Assembly (NCBI GenBank): GCA_905235715.1
Contig: CAJONB010000001.1
Span: 5,714 to 69,713 of the forward strand
Direction of reading: 5' to 3'
Length of the DNA stretch: 64,000 nucleotides
DNA from: an uncultured Ruminococcus sp.
GTDB lineage: Bacteria; Bacillota; Clostridia; Oscillospirales; Acutalibacteraceae
Position 1 is the stretch's first letter; each line of letters opens with the position of its first letter. Under the pieces are notes generated by a model. The model ran no database searches and was not told where the DNA came from. It saw only the letters and a program-made list of their open reading frames with translations. Below are positions 21,438 to 31,524 of this stretch, piece after piece. Both the position numbers and the translations under genes were made by a program.

Positions 21438-22253
21438 ATGAAAACAAGGGTGATTACATCGGGAGTTGCGATTGTCGTACTTTTGGCGATACTGGTATTC
21501 GGCGAGATGAGCAGTGTCGTCATAACAATCGCTTGCGCACTGGTGAATATAATTCTATGCGGCGAGTATCTGTCCGCGAAGAAGCTCAATAAGAATATGA
21601 AAATCATGGTTCCGTGTCTGTTGTTTGCGGCGCTGATTCCCGCCCTTTCCTGCACGGTTTACCGTTATATTCCGCTTTATCTTTGCGTGCTGACTCTCAT
21701 TGTGATTGCCGTAGTGTTCCATCGGGAAATTTCATTCGACGACATTATATTCGCACTTTTCGGTGTGATTCTGTTGTCTGTGTCCATGTCGCTGCTGGCA
21801 ATTCGCGCCGGTATGGACGGCAGGTATTCCTCCTTCTGGATCGTTTTGTCACTCGGCGTTTCATGGGTTTCCGATACAGTCGCTTACTTTGCCGGAAACG
21901 CCTTCGGCAAGTGCAAGCTTTGTCCTGTTATCAGCCCTAAAAAAACGGTTGAGGGCGCTGTTGCCGGCGTGATTGGCGGTACTCTGGCGCCGCTGCTGTT
22001 CGGTCTGATATTCCTGTTGATATACGGTAACGTAACCATTAATTTTGCAATTTTGCCGCTAATCGGTCTGCTGAATTCCGTGATTTCAATTTTCGGCGAC
22101 CTGCTGTTTTCCGTGGTGAAGCGCCACTGCGGTATCAAGGATTACGGCTCCATCATGCCCGGTCACGGCGGACTGCTCGACCGCTTTGACTCCGTAGTTC
22201 TTTGTATACCTGTCGTCTTTATTTTCTCACAATTTGTGACAATCATTGTTTAA
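21438..22253 (+). CDS. cdsA: Phosphatidate cytidylyltransferase
   Basis: SDTVAYFAG, ISPKKTVEG, GDLLFSVVKRHCGIKDYGSIMPGHGGLLDRFDS. Confidence 0.96.
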   Translation: MKTRVITSGVAIVVLLAILVFGEMSSVVITIACALVNIILCGEYLSAKKLNKNMKIMVPCLLFAALIPALSCTVYRYIPLYLCVLTLIVIAVVFHREISFDDIIFALFGVILLSVSMSLLAIRAGMDGRYSSFWIVLSLGVSWVSDTVAYFAGNAFGKCKLCPVISPKKTVEGAVAGVIGGTLAPLLFGLIFLLIYGNVTINFAILPLIGLLNSVISIFGDLLFSVVKRHCGIKDYGSIMPGHGGLLDRFDSVVLCIPVVFIFSQFVTIIV

Positions 22254-22264
22254 GTGTCATTATT

Positions 22265-23413
22265 ATGGTTCATAATTTATCTATACTGGGTTCCACCGGC
22301 TCTATCGGTACACAGACGCTTGACGTTTGCAGAAAGCTGAATCTCAACGTCACCGCGCTTTCGGCTCACAGCAGCATCGGAATGTTGGAAGAACAAATCC
22401 GAGAATTCAAGCCGAAGCTGGCGGTTGTCTATGACGAGGAAAAGGCAAAGGAACTGAAAATTCAAATTGCCGACACAGATACGAAGGTACTGTCAGGCAT
22501 GGACGGATTGTTTGAAATCTGTCATGACGACGCGGATCTGCTGGTCAATTCCGTGGTCGGTATGGTCGGTCTCGCGCCGACCTTAGAGGCAATCAAGGCG
22601 AAGAAGAATATTGCCTTTGCCAATAAAGAAACGCTTGTCGCTGGCGGCGAGCTTGTTATGAACGCCGTCAAGGAAAACGGCGTGACGCTCTATCCTGTCG
22701 ACAGCGAACATTCTGCAATTTTCCAGTGCCTACAGGCGGCGCCGCCTGAAAAGTCGCTGAAAAAGATATTGCTCACCGCTTCGGGCGGGCCGTTCTTCGG
22801 TAAAACCGCCGAGGAGTTGAAAAACGTTACTGTCGAGCAGGCGCTCAAGCATCCCAACTGGGACATGGGCGCGAAAATCACGGTCGACAGCGCGACGATG
22901 ATGAATAAGGGGCTGGAAATTATCGAGGCGGCGTGGCTGTTCGATACCGACCCCGACAACATCGAGGTCGTTGTCCACAGAGAGAGCATCATCCACTCGA
23001 TGATTGAGTTCACCGATAACTCAATTCTCGCACAGCTCGGTATGCCGGATATGCGGATTCCGATTCAATATGCAATCACCTATCCGCAGCGCTATCCGTC
23101 TCTCGTGCCTGAAATCGACTGGACAAAGCTCTCGCAGATGACATTCTACACGCCGGACGACAAGACCTTCAAGTGCCTTGCGGCCTGCAAAAAAGCGATT
23201 AAGCTGGGAGGGCTTTATCCCGCCGTTGCCAACGGTGCGAACGAGGCTGCGAATTTGATGTTCCGCCAGCACAAGATATCCTTCCTTGACGTCGGTGAAA
23301 TTGTTTCCGCGGCAATCGAGAACATCAAGGTCGGCAGCGCTTCCTGTCTGGATGATGTACTTGAAGCGGACGCGAGAGCGCGCGAATTTGCGCGGAAGTA
23401 TATTCAGAATTAA
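22265..23413 (+). CDS. dxr: 1-deoxy-D-xylulose-5-phosphate reductoisomerase
   Basis: LGSTGSIGTQT, ANKETLV, PVDSEHSA, HPNWDMGAKITVDSATMMNKGLE. Confidence 0.98.
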   Translation: MVHNLSILGSTGSIGTQTLDVCRKLNLNVTALSAHSSIGMLEEQIREFKPKLAVVYDEEKAKELKIQIADTDTKVLSGMDGLFEICHDDADLLVNSVVGMVGLAPTLEAIKAKKNIAFANKETLVAGGELVMNAVKENGVTLYPVDSEHSAIFQCLQAAPPEKSLKKILLTASGGPFFGKTAEELKNVTVEQALKHPNWDMGAKITVDSATMMNKGLEIIEAAWLFDTDPDNIEVVVHRESIIHSMIEFTDNSILAQLGMPDMRIPIQYAITYPQRYPSLVPEIDWTKLSQMTFYTPDDKTFKCLAACKKAIKLGGLYPAVANGANEAANLMFRQHKISFLDVGEIVSAAIENIKVGSASCLDDVLEADARAREFARKYIQN

Positions 23414-23433
23414 CTTTATTTGGAGATGATATT

Positions 23434-24807
23434 ATCGCCGTTCTGACAACGATCGCTCTGATACTGATTGCGGTTTTGTTATTTGAGCTGATTATCTTTG
23501 TACATGAGGGTGGACACTTCATCGCCGCAAAAAAAAGCGGCGTTAAGGTCAACGAATTCTCTCTGGGAATGGGGCCGAAAATCATTAGCTTCACGCGGGG
23601 AGAAACGGCATATTCGCTGAGACTGTTTCCCATCGGCGGCTTCTGCGCGATGGAAGGTGAGGACGAGGACAGCGAGAATCCGCGCGCCTTTAATAACGCA
23701 AAAATCTGGAAGAGAATGATCATCATTGTCGCCGGCGCGTTTATGAATATCGTGCTGGGTCTGATTCTGATGCTGATTACGCTGATTCCGCAGGAAAATA
23801 TCGCCTCTACTCAGGTGTCGCAGTTCATGCCCGGTTCCTTTTCATCGGTTTCCGGCTTGCAGGAGGGCGACAAGATTGTCAAGATAAACGGTTACAGCGT
23901 TAATACCTATATTGATTTTTACTTTGGGCTTTATACAGTTCCGGCGACGACTGTCGACGGCGACGAGCTCAGCATCTATAAAGAGGACTGTTCCTTTGAC
24001 CTTTTGGTCTACGCGCAGGAATGTCTCGGAAAAATGGACAGTTCGAAGTCAAATGACGCTAACTCCAAGATGTCGGAGCTGCTCCGGAACGCACAGCCTG
24101 AGATTGCGAAGGCGGCAGATAAGGAAAAAGCCTACAAGCAGTTCTGCCGGTACTATGACGAGATTACCGAAATTGCAGGACTGGATAAGGTAAAGGAATA
24201 TCCCGAGATTGAGTACCGCGAATCCAGAAAGCGCTACCGTACCGATATGACGGTACTTCGCAACGGCGAAACGGTCGAGTTGAAGGATGTTGACTTTATG
24301 ACTCTGCAGGGTGATGATGACAAGCCCAAGCTGCAGATAGACTTCTATGTCCAGCCGCTGAATAAAACCGTCGGCACCGTACTCGGCGAAACCTTTAAGG
24401 AAACCGTATCCGTTGTACGTATGGTATGGGGCGGTCTTGCAGGACTGGTGAAAGGCACATTCTCCATTAAAGAAATGTCCGGCCCGGTCGGTCTTGCGGC
24501 GGCGATTACAGACGTCGCATCAAAGAGTCTGGAAACCAACGGCTTCGGCAGTGCGGTCAGCTCGATTGTGTATGTGATGATGGTTATTACCATCAACCTC
24601 GGCGTCGTCAACATGCTGCCCTTCCCGGCGCTGGACGGCGGGCGCTTCCTGATGCTTCTGATTGAAGCGATTTTCCACAAGCCCGTACCGCGCAAGGTCG
24701 AGGCGATTATCAACACGGTCGGACTTGTTTTACTGCTGGCGCTCACGGCGGTGATAGCTGTCAAGGATATCTGGCAGATATTTAACGGAGGATTCAGTTA
24801 TGGGTAG
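23434..24807 (+). CDS. rseP: RIP metalloprotease RseP (site-2 protease) with an insertion in the PDZ region; start probably ATC 23434 (first TTG at 23476)
   Basis: HEGGH zinc motif, LRLFPIGGFCAM, AGAFMN, NMLPFPALDGG; position in the dxr-rseP-ispG cluster. Confidence 0.92.
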   Translation: MAVLTTIALILIAVLLFELIIFVHEGGHFIAAKKSGVKVNEFSLGMGPKIISFTRGETAYSLRLFPIGGFCAMEGEDEDSENPRAFNNAKIWKRMIIIVAGAFMNIVLGLILMLITLIPQENIASTQVSQFMPGSFSSVSGLQEGDKIVKINGYSVNTYIDFYFGLYTVPATTVDGDELSIYKEDCSFDLLVYAQECLGKMDSSKSNDANSKMSELLRNAQPEIAKAADKEKAYKQFCRYYDEITEIAGLDKVKEYPEIEYRESRKRYRTDMTVLRNGETVELKDVDFMTLQGDDDKPKLQIDFYVQPLNKTVGTVLGETFKETVSVVRMVWGGLAGLVKGTFSIKEMSGPVGLAAAITDVASKSLETNGFGSAVSSIVYVMMVITINLGVVNMLPFPALDGGRFLMLLIEAIFHKPVPRKVEAIINTVGLVLLLALTAVIAVKDIWQIFNGGFSYG

Positions 24808-25843
24808 TAAGCGTTCGGTTACTGCTTTGAATTTAAAAATCGGCGGCGGCGCGCCTGTATCGGTACAGTCGATGCTCAACCGCCCCGCCGAGGATATAGA
24901 GGGCTCTGTCGCGCAGGCGAAAGAGCTGGAGCAGGCGGGATGTCAGATGATTCGCGCTGCTGTTCCCGATAGGAATGCGGTCAGACTGATTGCCGCATTA
25001 AAGGAAGCGGTATCCGTACCGGTTGTCGCGGATATCCACTTTAACTACAAGCTCGCGCTTGAATCGGTTGCGGCAGGTGTAGATAAAATCCGTATCAATC
25101 CGGGCAATATCGGCTCTGACGACCGTGTCAAGGCAGTTGCCGATACCTGCAGGGCGCACGGAATCCCGATTCGTATCGGTGTGAATTCCGGCTCGCTGGA
25201 AAAGCATATACTGGCGAAGTACGGTCATCCGACCGCGGAGGCTTTGTGCGACAGCGCACTGTATCACGCCTCTCTGTTAGAAAAATTTGATTTTAATGAT
25301 ATAGTTCTTTCGATGAAGTCCTCGGACGTTAAAACGATGGTGCAGGCGTACCGTCTGGCGGCTGAGCGCTGTGATTACCCGCTGCACCTCGGCGTGACCG
25401 AGGCGGGGACGAAGCGCATGGGTATTATCAAGTCATCCGTCGGTATCGGCTCTCTGTTGGTTGACGGAATCGGCGACACCATCCGCGTATCGCTGACCGA
25501 CAATCCCGTAGAGGAGGTATACGCCGCCAAGGATATCCTCAAAGCAATCGGCATAGGGGAGAAGGGTATCCGCTTTGTATCCTGCCCGACCTGCGGAAGA
25601 ACGAAGATTGATTTGATTGCGCTTGCAAACGAGGCGGAAAGCCGCCTGAGAGATTGCAAGAAGGATATTACCGTCGCGATTATGGGCTGCGTTGTCAACG
25701 GCCCCGGCGAGGCAAAGGAAGCCGATATCGGTATTGCCGGCGGCGACGGTATGGGACTGGTTTTCAAGGGTGAAGAAGTCATTGCCAAGGTACCCGAAAA
25801 TCAGTTGATTGATGTATTGGTTCAGGAAATAGAAAAAATGTGA
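24800..25843 (+). CDS. ispG: (E)-4-hydroxy-3-methylbut-2-enyl-diphosphate synthase
   Basis: VADIHF, RINPGN, IRIGVNSGSL, HLGVTEAG, GDTIRVSL, CPTCGR, MGCVVNGPGE. Confidence 0.98.
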   Translation: MGSKRSVTALNLKIGGGAPVSVQSMLNRPAEDIEGSVAQAKELEQAGCQMIRAAVPDRNAVRLIAALKEAVSVPVVADIHFNYKLALESVAAGVDKIRINPGNIGSDDRVKAVADTCRAHGIPIRIGVNSGSLEKHILAKYGHPTAEALCDSALYHASLLEKFDFNDIVLSMKSSDVKTMVQAYRLAAERCDYPLHLGVTEAGTKRMGIIKSSVGIGSLLVDGIGDTIRVSLTDNPVEEVYAAKDILKAIGIGEKGIRFVSCPTCGRTKIDLIALANEAESRLRDCKKDITVAIMGCVVNGPGEAKEADIGIAGGDGMGLVFKGEEVIAKVPENQLIDVLVQEIEKM

Positions 25844-25874
25844 GTATGATTTAAACCGGATTGAAAGGGATTAG

Positions 25875-28800
25875 ATGATAACTTTATCGGATGTATTCTC
25901 ACAGTATAACGTCGCGATTGACCCTGCGCTTTGCGACGCCGCTGTGAGCACTGTCAAAATCAATAGGGAAAAACGAATGATTACCGTCGAGATTCATCCG
26001 GCGGCGACGGTCAAAAGAGCCGTGATTTTCTCGCTGCAAAAGGCAATCGAAGACGCGGATATCGGTGTGGATAAGGCTATCGTTCATGTTAGGTACACGC
26101 CTGAAATGTTTGATTTGAGCTATTTCGATGAGCTTGTCACAGCTCTTCGCGCCGAGACCCCGAGCTATAACGGCTCTCTGAATGACGCTGAATTAGAGAA
26201 GTCGGGCGACAATATGCTGATTGTCAATCTGGCACACGGCGGCGCAGGACTTTTGGAGGGTATGGGCTTCAAGGAAGCGCTGAGTGATTTGATATACCGT
26301 GAATTCGGTCTGCAATATGAGATTGAATTCGGCGGCGTGACCGAGCTGAAAGCGGACGACAGACAGTTTATCGACAGTATCGAGAACGCACAAAAGAAAA
26401 TCGAGCGCAAAAAGCTCGAGGAATTGACGCATCTTTTTGAAGATGACGAAAAGACCAACGTAAAAACTGAAAAAGCGCAGGCGACTGAGATCGAGGTCAG
26501 AAAAGGTAAGTACCTTTATCCTCAGATTATCCCTTCTACCGTCAGCCCACTGTACGGCAGAGTGACAAAAGGGAAGATGCTGCCCCTCGAAAATATCGCA
26601 TACGATACCGGTCGCGCGACCGTATGGGGCGACGTTTTCGCGACAGAAACCAAAACGACCCGATCGGGTGATAAAAACATTATCACCTTTGATATTACCG
26701 ATTACACCGGTTCGATTACTGTCAAGGTTTTCGATTCCATTCAGAACTGCAAGGTTCTTGAAAAAGTAAAAAAAGGCTCTACCATCATTGTTTCCGGTGA
26801 TGTGGAGTTTGACAAATTTGCCGGCGACACTGTTATCAACGCCCGCTCCATTTCTACCGTCAAAAAGGTAAATGTAACGGATAAGGCGGAGAAAAAGCGC
26901 GTTGAGCTGCATTTACATACCAATATGTCACAAATGGACGCGGTCAACGACGCAGGCTCTCTTGTCAGACGAGCGGCGGAGTTCGGACACACGGCTGTCG
27001 CGATTACCGACCACGGCGTCGCGCAGGCATTCCCCGACGCGATGAATGCCGCGGAGGAACTGAGTGATAACGGTACGGATATCAAGGTTATCTACGGCAC
27101 AGAGGCGTATTTCATCGACGATTTATGTACCTGTGTGGATGGTGAGCAAAATGAACCGCTCGACGGTACCTTTGTTTGCTTTGACCTTGAAACGACCGGG
27201 CTTTATGCCTATAACGATAAAATCACGGAAATCGGCGCAGTTAAAATCAAGGACGGCATAATCATCGACAGCTTCTCGACCTTTGTGAATCCCGAGCGTC
27301 CGATACCCGCGAATATTGTACAACTGACAGGAATTACGGACAACATGGTTGCCGGAGCGCCTTCACAGAGTGAAGCGGTGCAAAATTTCCTCGATTTTTG
27401 CGACGGCGCTGTCGTTGTGGCGCACAATTCCCCCTTTGATACCGGCTTCATCCGCAAGGCGTGTGAAAATATGGGCGTCGAATACAATCTGACCTCGATT
27501 GATACGGTCGCGATCGCCCGCTCTATCCTGCCGGATATTAACAACGTCAAGCTCGACACGCTTGCAAAATACTTTCATCTCGGTAAATTCAACCACCACC
27601 GCGCGGTAGATGATGCCGAAATGCTTACGAATATTTTCTTAAACCTCTGCCGGCTGCTTACCGAGCGCATGAATATCCATGATGTTCAGCAGCTGAAAAA
27701 GGAGGTTGTCGGCGGCGATTATAAAAAGCTGCCGACCTATCACCAGATAATTCTTGTCAAGAATAATAGCGGCTTGAAAAACCTCTACAGGCTGATTTCT
27801 AAATCCCATCTTGACTATTACTATAAGCGTCCGCGTATTCCGAAATCGGAACTGATGAAATACCGCGAGGGCCTGATTATCGGTTCTGCCTGCGAGGCGG
27901 GTGAGCTGTACCGCGCAATCATCGGCTGCCACAGTCAGCGTGAAATCGAGCGAATCGCTTCATTCTATGACTATCTGGAAATCCAGCCAAGCGGTAATAA
28001 CGAGTTTTTGATTCGCGAGGGCGCGTTCGGCGATATAAAGGATTTGCAGTCCGTCAACCGTTCGATTGTTAAGCTCGGCGACAGATTAGGCAAGTTGACC
28101 GTCGCCACCTGCGACGTACATTTTATGAATCTGTATGACGCGGATTACCGCAAGATTCTGCTGGCTGCGCAGGGCTTTTCCGACGCCGACCGTCAGGCAC
28201 CGCTGTTTTTCCGCACCACGGCGGAAATGCTGGAGGAATTCGCTTATCTCGGCGACAGAGCTTATGAAGTCGTCGTTGAAAACACCAACGCGATTTCCGA
28301 TATGTGCGAGAATATCCGTCCGATTCCAAAGGGAAATTTCCCGCCGTTCATTGAGGGCGCAGAGGAACAGCTCGTTTCCATCACCTACAGCCGTGCAAAG
28401 GAAAAATACGGCGATCCTCTGCCTGAAATCGTTGCAGCGCGACTGAAAAAAGAGTTGGATTCCATCACAAAATACGGTTATTCCGTTCTGTATATGACAG
28501 CGCAGAAGCTGGTTGCCGACAGCGAAGCCCACGGCTATCTGGTCGGCTCGCGAGGTTCGGTAGGCTCGTCCTTTGTCGCGACGATGTCCGGTATCTCCGA
28601 GGTCAACCCGCTGTGTCCGCACTATATCTGCAACAACTGCAAGCACAGTGAATTCATCACCGACGGCTCCTACGGCTCGGGCTTTGACCTCCCGCCGAAG
28701 AATTGCCCCGAATGCGGCGAGCCGATGGAGCGCGACGGTCATGAGATTCCCTTTGAAACCTTCCTCGGATTCAAGGGTGACAAGGTTCCCGATATCGACC

Positions 28801-30218
28801 TGAACTTCTCAGGCGAACAGCAGAGTGCTTCTCACCGCTATACCGAGGAGCTGTTCGGCAGAGAGAACGTCTTTAAAGCGGGTACGATTTCTACCGTTAA
28901 GGATAAAACCGCTTATGGTTATGTCAAGAAATACTGCGAGGAACACGGCGTTTCCATGCGGAAGGCAGAGATGAACCGCCTGTCCGTCGGCTGTACCGGA
29001 ATCAAGCGAACGACCGGTCAGCATCCCGGCGGCATGGTCGTTGTACCGAAGGACATGGAGGTCTATGACTTCTGTCCCGTACAGCATCCCGCCAACGATA
29101 TGTCCTCGCCGAACATTACAACTCACTTCGACTTCCATTCCATTCACGATACGATTACTAAGCTCGATGAGCTGGGGCATGATGTTCCGACGATTTATCA
29201 CTATCTGGAGGAATTCACAGGAATCCCCGTGATGGAAGTTTCCATGTCCGACCCGGAGGTTATGTCGCTGTTTGTATCTACCGAGGCGCTCGGCGTTACG
29301 CCCGAGGATATCGACTCTGAGACAGGTACATTTTCACTTCCAGAGGTCGGCACCTCGTTCGTCCGGCAGATGCTTGTGGAATCGCAGCCGAAGACCTTTT
29401 CCGACCTGCTTCAGATTTCAGGTCTGTCACATGGTACGGATGTATGGATCGGCAATGCTGCTGACTTAATTAAGAACGGCACCTGTACGATTTCCGAGGT
29501 TATCGGTACGCGTGATTCTATCATGACCTACCTGCTTCATAAGGGACTGGAACCCTCTATGGCATTCAAAATCATGGAGATTGTGCGTAAGGGTAAGGCA
29601 ACGAAGCTGCTGACCGATGAGCATATCAACGCGATGAAGGAGCATGACGTACCTCAGTGGTACATTGACTCCTGCATGAAGATTAAATATATGTTCCCGA
29701 AGGCACACGCTGCGGCGTATATGATTTCCACTCTGCGTCTCGGCTGGTATAAGGTACATAAGCCCGTCGAATATTACGCCGCTTACTTTACCGTGCGTAA
29801 TGATAATTTTGACGGCGCGACACTGATTAAGGGCAGGCAGGCCGTCCGGGATAAAATCAAAATGATTAACAATAAGGGCTACGAAGCCTCTGATAAGGAA
29901 AACGCAGAGGTTCCGATGCTCCAGATTATGAATGAGATGCTGGCGCGCGGTATCGAGGTTCTGCCTGTGGATATTTTCAAGTCCAAGGCAAAGACTTTTG
30001 TGATTGAGGACGGAAAAATCCGTCTTCCGTTCTGTTCTTTGTCGGGTATCGGGGAGAACGCCGCAATTGCGCTTGAGGAGCATGCGGCTCTCGGTGAATA
30101 CCTTTCCATTGAGGATATTCCCCTCAAGGCAAAGGTGTCGAAATCTGTTGTTGAAACACTGCGCGAATGTGGTGCGCTCGCGGATTTGCCTGAGAGCGCC
30201 CAGATGAGTTTGTTTTGA
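25875..30218 (+). CDS. polC: PolC-type DNA polymerase III
   Basis: OB-fold, PHP (ELHLHTNMS, AITDHG), exonuclease DLETTG, GSRGSVGSS, Zn finger, PDIDLNFSG, YMFPKAHAAAY. Confidence 0.98.
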   Translation: MITLSDVFSQYNVAIDPALCDAAVSTVKINREKRMITVEIHPAATVKRAVIFSLQKAIEDADIGVDKAIVHVRYTPEMFDLSYFDELVTALRAETPSYNGSLNDAELEKSGDNMLIVNLAHGGAGLLEGMGFKEALSDLIYREFGLQYEIEFGGVTELKADDRQFIDSIENAQKKIERKKLEELTHLFEDDEKTNVKTEKAQATEIEVRKGKYLYPQIIPSTVSPLYGRVTKGKMLPLENIAYDTGRATVWGDVFATETKTTRSGDKNIITFDITDYTGSITVKVFDSIQNCKVLEKVKKGSTIIVSGDVEFDKFAGDTVINARSISTVKKVNVTDKAEKKRVELHLHTNMSQMDAVNDAGSLVRRAAEFGHTAVAITDHGVAQAFPDAMNAAEELSDNGTDIKVIYGTEAYFIDDLCTCVDGEQNEPLDGTFVCFDLETTGLYAYNDKITEIGAVKIKDGIIIDSFSTFVNPERPIPANIVQLTGITDNMVAGAPSQSEAVQNFLDFCDGAVVVAHNSPFDTGFIRKACENMGVEYNLTSIDTVAIARSILPDINNVKLDTLAKYFHLGKFNHHRAVDDAEMLTNIFLNLCRLLTERMNIHDVQQLKKEVVGGDYKKLPTYHQIILVKNNSGLKNLYRLISKSHLDYYYKRPRIPKSELMKYREGLIIGSACEAGELYRAIIGCHSQREIERIASFYDYLEIQPSGNNEFLIREGAFGDIKDLQSVNRSIVKLGDRLGKLTVATCDVHFMNLYDADYRKILLAAQGFSDADRQAPLFFRTTAEMLEEFAYLGDRAYEVVVENTNAISDMCENIRPIPKGNFPPFIEGAEEQLVSITYSRAKEKYGDPLPEIVAARLKKELDSITKYGYSVLYMTAQKLVADSEAHGYLVGSRGSVGSSFVATMSGISEVNPLCPHYICNNCKHSEFITDGSYGSGFDLPPKNCPECGEPMERDGHEIPFETFLGFKGDKVPDIDLNFSGEQQSASHRYTEELFGRENVFKAGTISTVKDKTAYGYVKKYCEEHGVSMRKAEMNRLSVGCTGIKRTTGQHPGGMVVVPKDMEVYDFCPVQHPANDMSSPNITTHFDFHSIHDTITKLDELGHDVPTIYHYLEEFTGIPVMEVSMSDPEVMSLFVSTEALGVTPEDIDSETGTFSLPEVGTSFVRQMLVESQPKTFSDLLQISGLSHGTDVWIGNAADLIKNGTCTISEVIGTRDSIMTYLLHKGLEPSMAFKIMEIVRKGKATKLLTDEHINAMKEHDVPQWYIDSCMKIKYMFPKAHAAAYMISTLRLGWYKVHKPVEYYAAYFTVRNDNFDGATLIKGRQAVRDKIKMINNKGYEASDKENAEVPMLQIMNEMLARGIEVLPVDIFKSKAKTFVIEDGKIRLPFCSLSGIGENAAIALEEHAALGEYLSIEDIPLKAKVSKSVVETLRECGALADLPESAQMSLF

Positions 30219-30250
30219 TAAAGTGTGAGTTTTCTGTTTGAGGTGATATT

Positions 30251-31495
30251 TTGAAAAAAAATATTAGTTTAAAAACGATTCTGCTTGTCATACTGTATAC
30301 TACGGTATTGATATTCTTCTTCATTCATCTGGATGATGTACTGGGTATTCTCGGCGTATTTCTCGCCGTTCTCAGTCCGGTTATCTATGGCGTGTTTATC
30401 GCTTATGTTTTAAATTATCCTTACAAGATGTTTTATGAACACGCGTTCAAAAAAATGGGTCAGAAACACAAATGGCTTTTAAAGGTGAAGAAGCCCCTTG
30501 CAATCGCTCTGTCATATATTATTGTCATCGGTATTATCACCTTCTTAATCAGCATGATGATACCTGAATTGGCGAAAAGTGTTCAGACTTTCCTTGATAA
30601 TTTGCCCGAATATGAAGCGAATCTCCGCGCATGGACAGATGATTTAGCAGATTTTATATATAATATCAGCGGTTATAACCTTTATGAGATGACTTCTTTC
30701 AATAATATCGTAACGATATTAACCGGCAGCCAAACGACTGAGTTCTTTACGAATTTTGCTTCGTCAATTGTTCCTTCGGCGTTCACGACGGTAATGGGTA
30801 TCGGTACGGGCATCTATAACTGGGGCATTGGAATCGTTATTTCCATCTACATGATTGCCAGCAAGGATGTGCTGCTTGCTCAGGCAAGACGCGTGATTGT
30901 CGCTTTTACTCCCGATAAATTCAGCAGCCGTTTCTTCCATGTATGTACTGTTTTTAATCAGAAATGCGGTAAATTTATCATTGGCAAGATTATTGATTCA
31001 TCTATTATCGGATTGATGTTCTTCATCGGAATGTCGATATTCCGCTTTGATTATCCGCTGCTCATCAGCGTTATCATGGGCATTGCAAATATGATTCCGT
31101 TCTTCGGACCGTTTATCGGCGGTATACCCTCTACGGTTTTGCTATTGCTGATTGACCCGATGGAGGCGCTGTGGTTCGTTGTCTTTCTTGCGATACTTCA
31201 GCAGTTTGACGGTAATGTGCTCGGACCGAAGATCCTCGGCGAATCTGTCGGAATCTCCGGGTTCTGGATTATGGTTTCCGTTATCGTCGGCGGCGGATTG
31301 TTCGGCATTGTCGGCATGGTTCTCGGCGTACCGTTCTTTGCGGCGATATTCACGCTGATTTCTCAGTTAGTCGATAAACGAATGGAAATTAAAGCACAAC
31401 GTAAGGCTTTGGCTGAAGCAGAAGCTGAACCGGCTGATGCCGGCGCTCCCGAGGTGGAGGAAGCGTCACCGCCGGTTCCTAAAAATACACAATAA
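30251..31495 (+). CDS. AI-2E family (PerM-like) transporter
   Basis: TTG start; GKIIDSSIIG, NMIPFFGPFIG, LQQFDGNVLGPKILGESVG, LGVPFFA. Confidence 0.9.
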   Translation: MKKNISLKTILLVILYTTVLIFFFIHLDDVLGILGVFLAVLSPVIYGVFIAYVLNYPYKMFYEHAFKKMGQKHKWLLKVKKPLAIALSYIIVIGIITFLISMMIPELAKSVQTFLDNLPEYEANLRAWTDDLADFIYNISGYNLYEMTSFNNIVTILTGSQTTEFFTNFASSIVPSAFTTVMGIGTGIYNWGIGIVISIYMIASKDVLLAQARRVIVAFTPDKFSSRFFHVCTVFNQKCGKFIIGKIIDSSIIGLMFFIGMSIFRFDYPLLISVIMGIANMIPFFGPFIGGIPSTVLLLLIDPMEALWFVVFLAILQQFDGNVLGPKILGESVGISGFWIMVSVIVGGGLFGIVGMVLGVPFFAAIFTLISQLVDKRMEIKAQRKALAEAEAEPADAGAPEVEEASPPVPKNTQ

Positions 31496-31524
31496 TTTAA
31501 AATATTATTTAGGAGGTTTTCAAG

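Noticed and set aside
23935-24240. RseP insertion as an intein
   Set aside because: No Cys/Ser-1 block A, no terminal His-Asn, no homing endonuclease motifs
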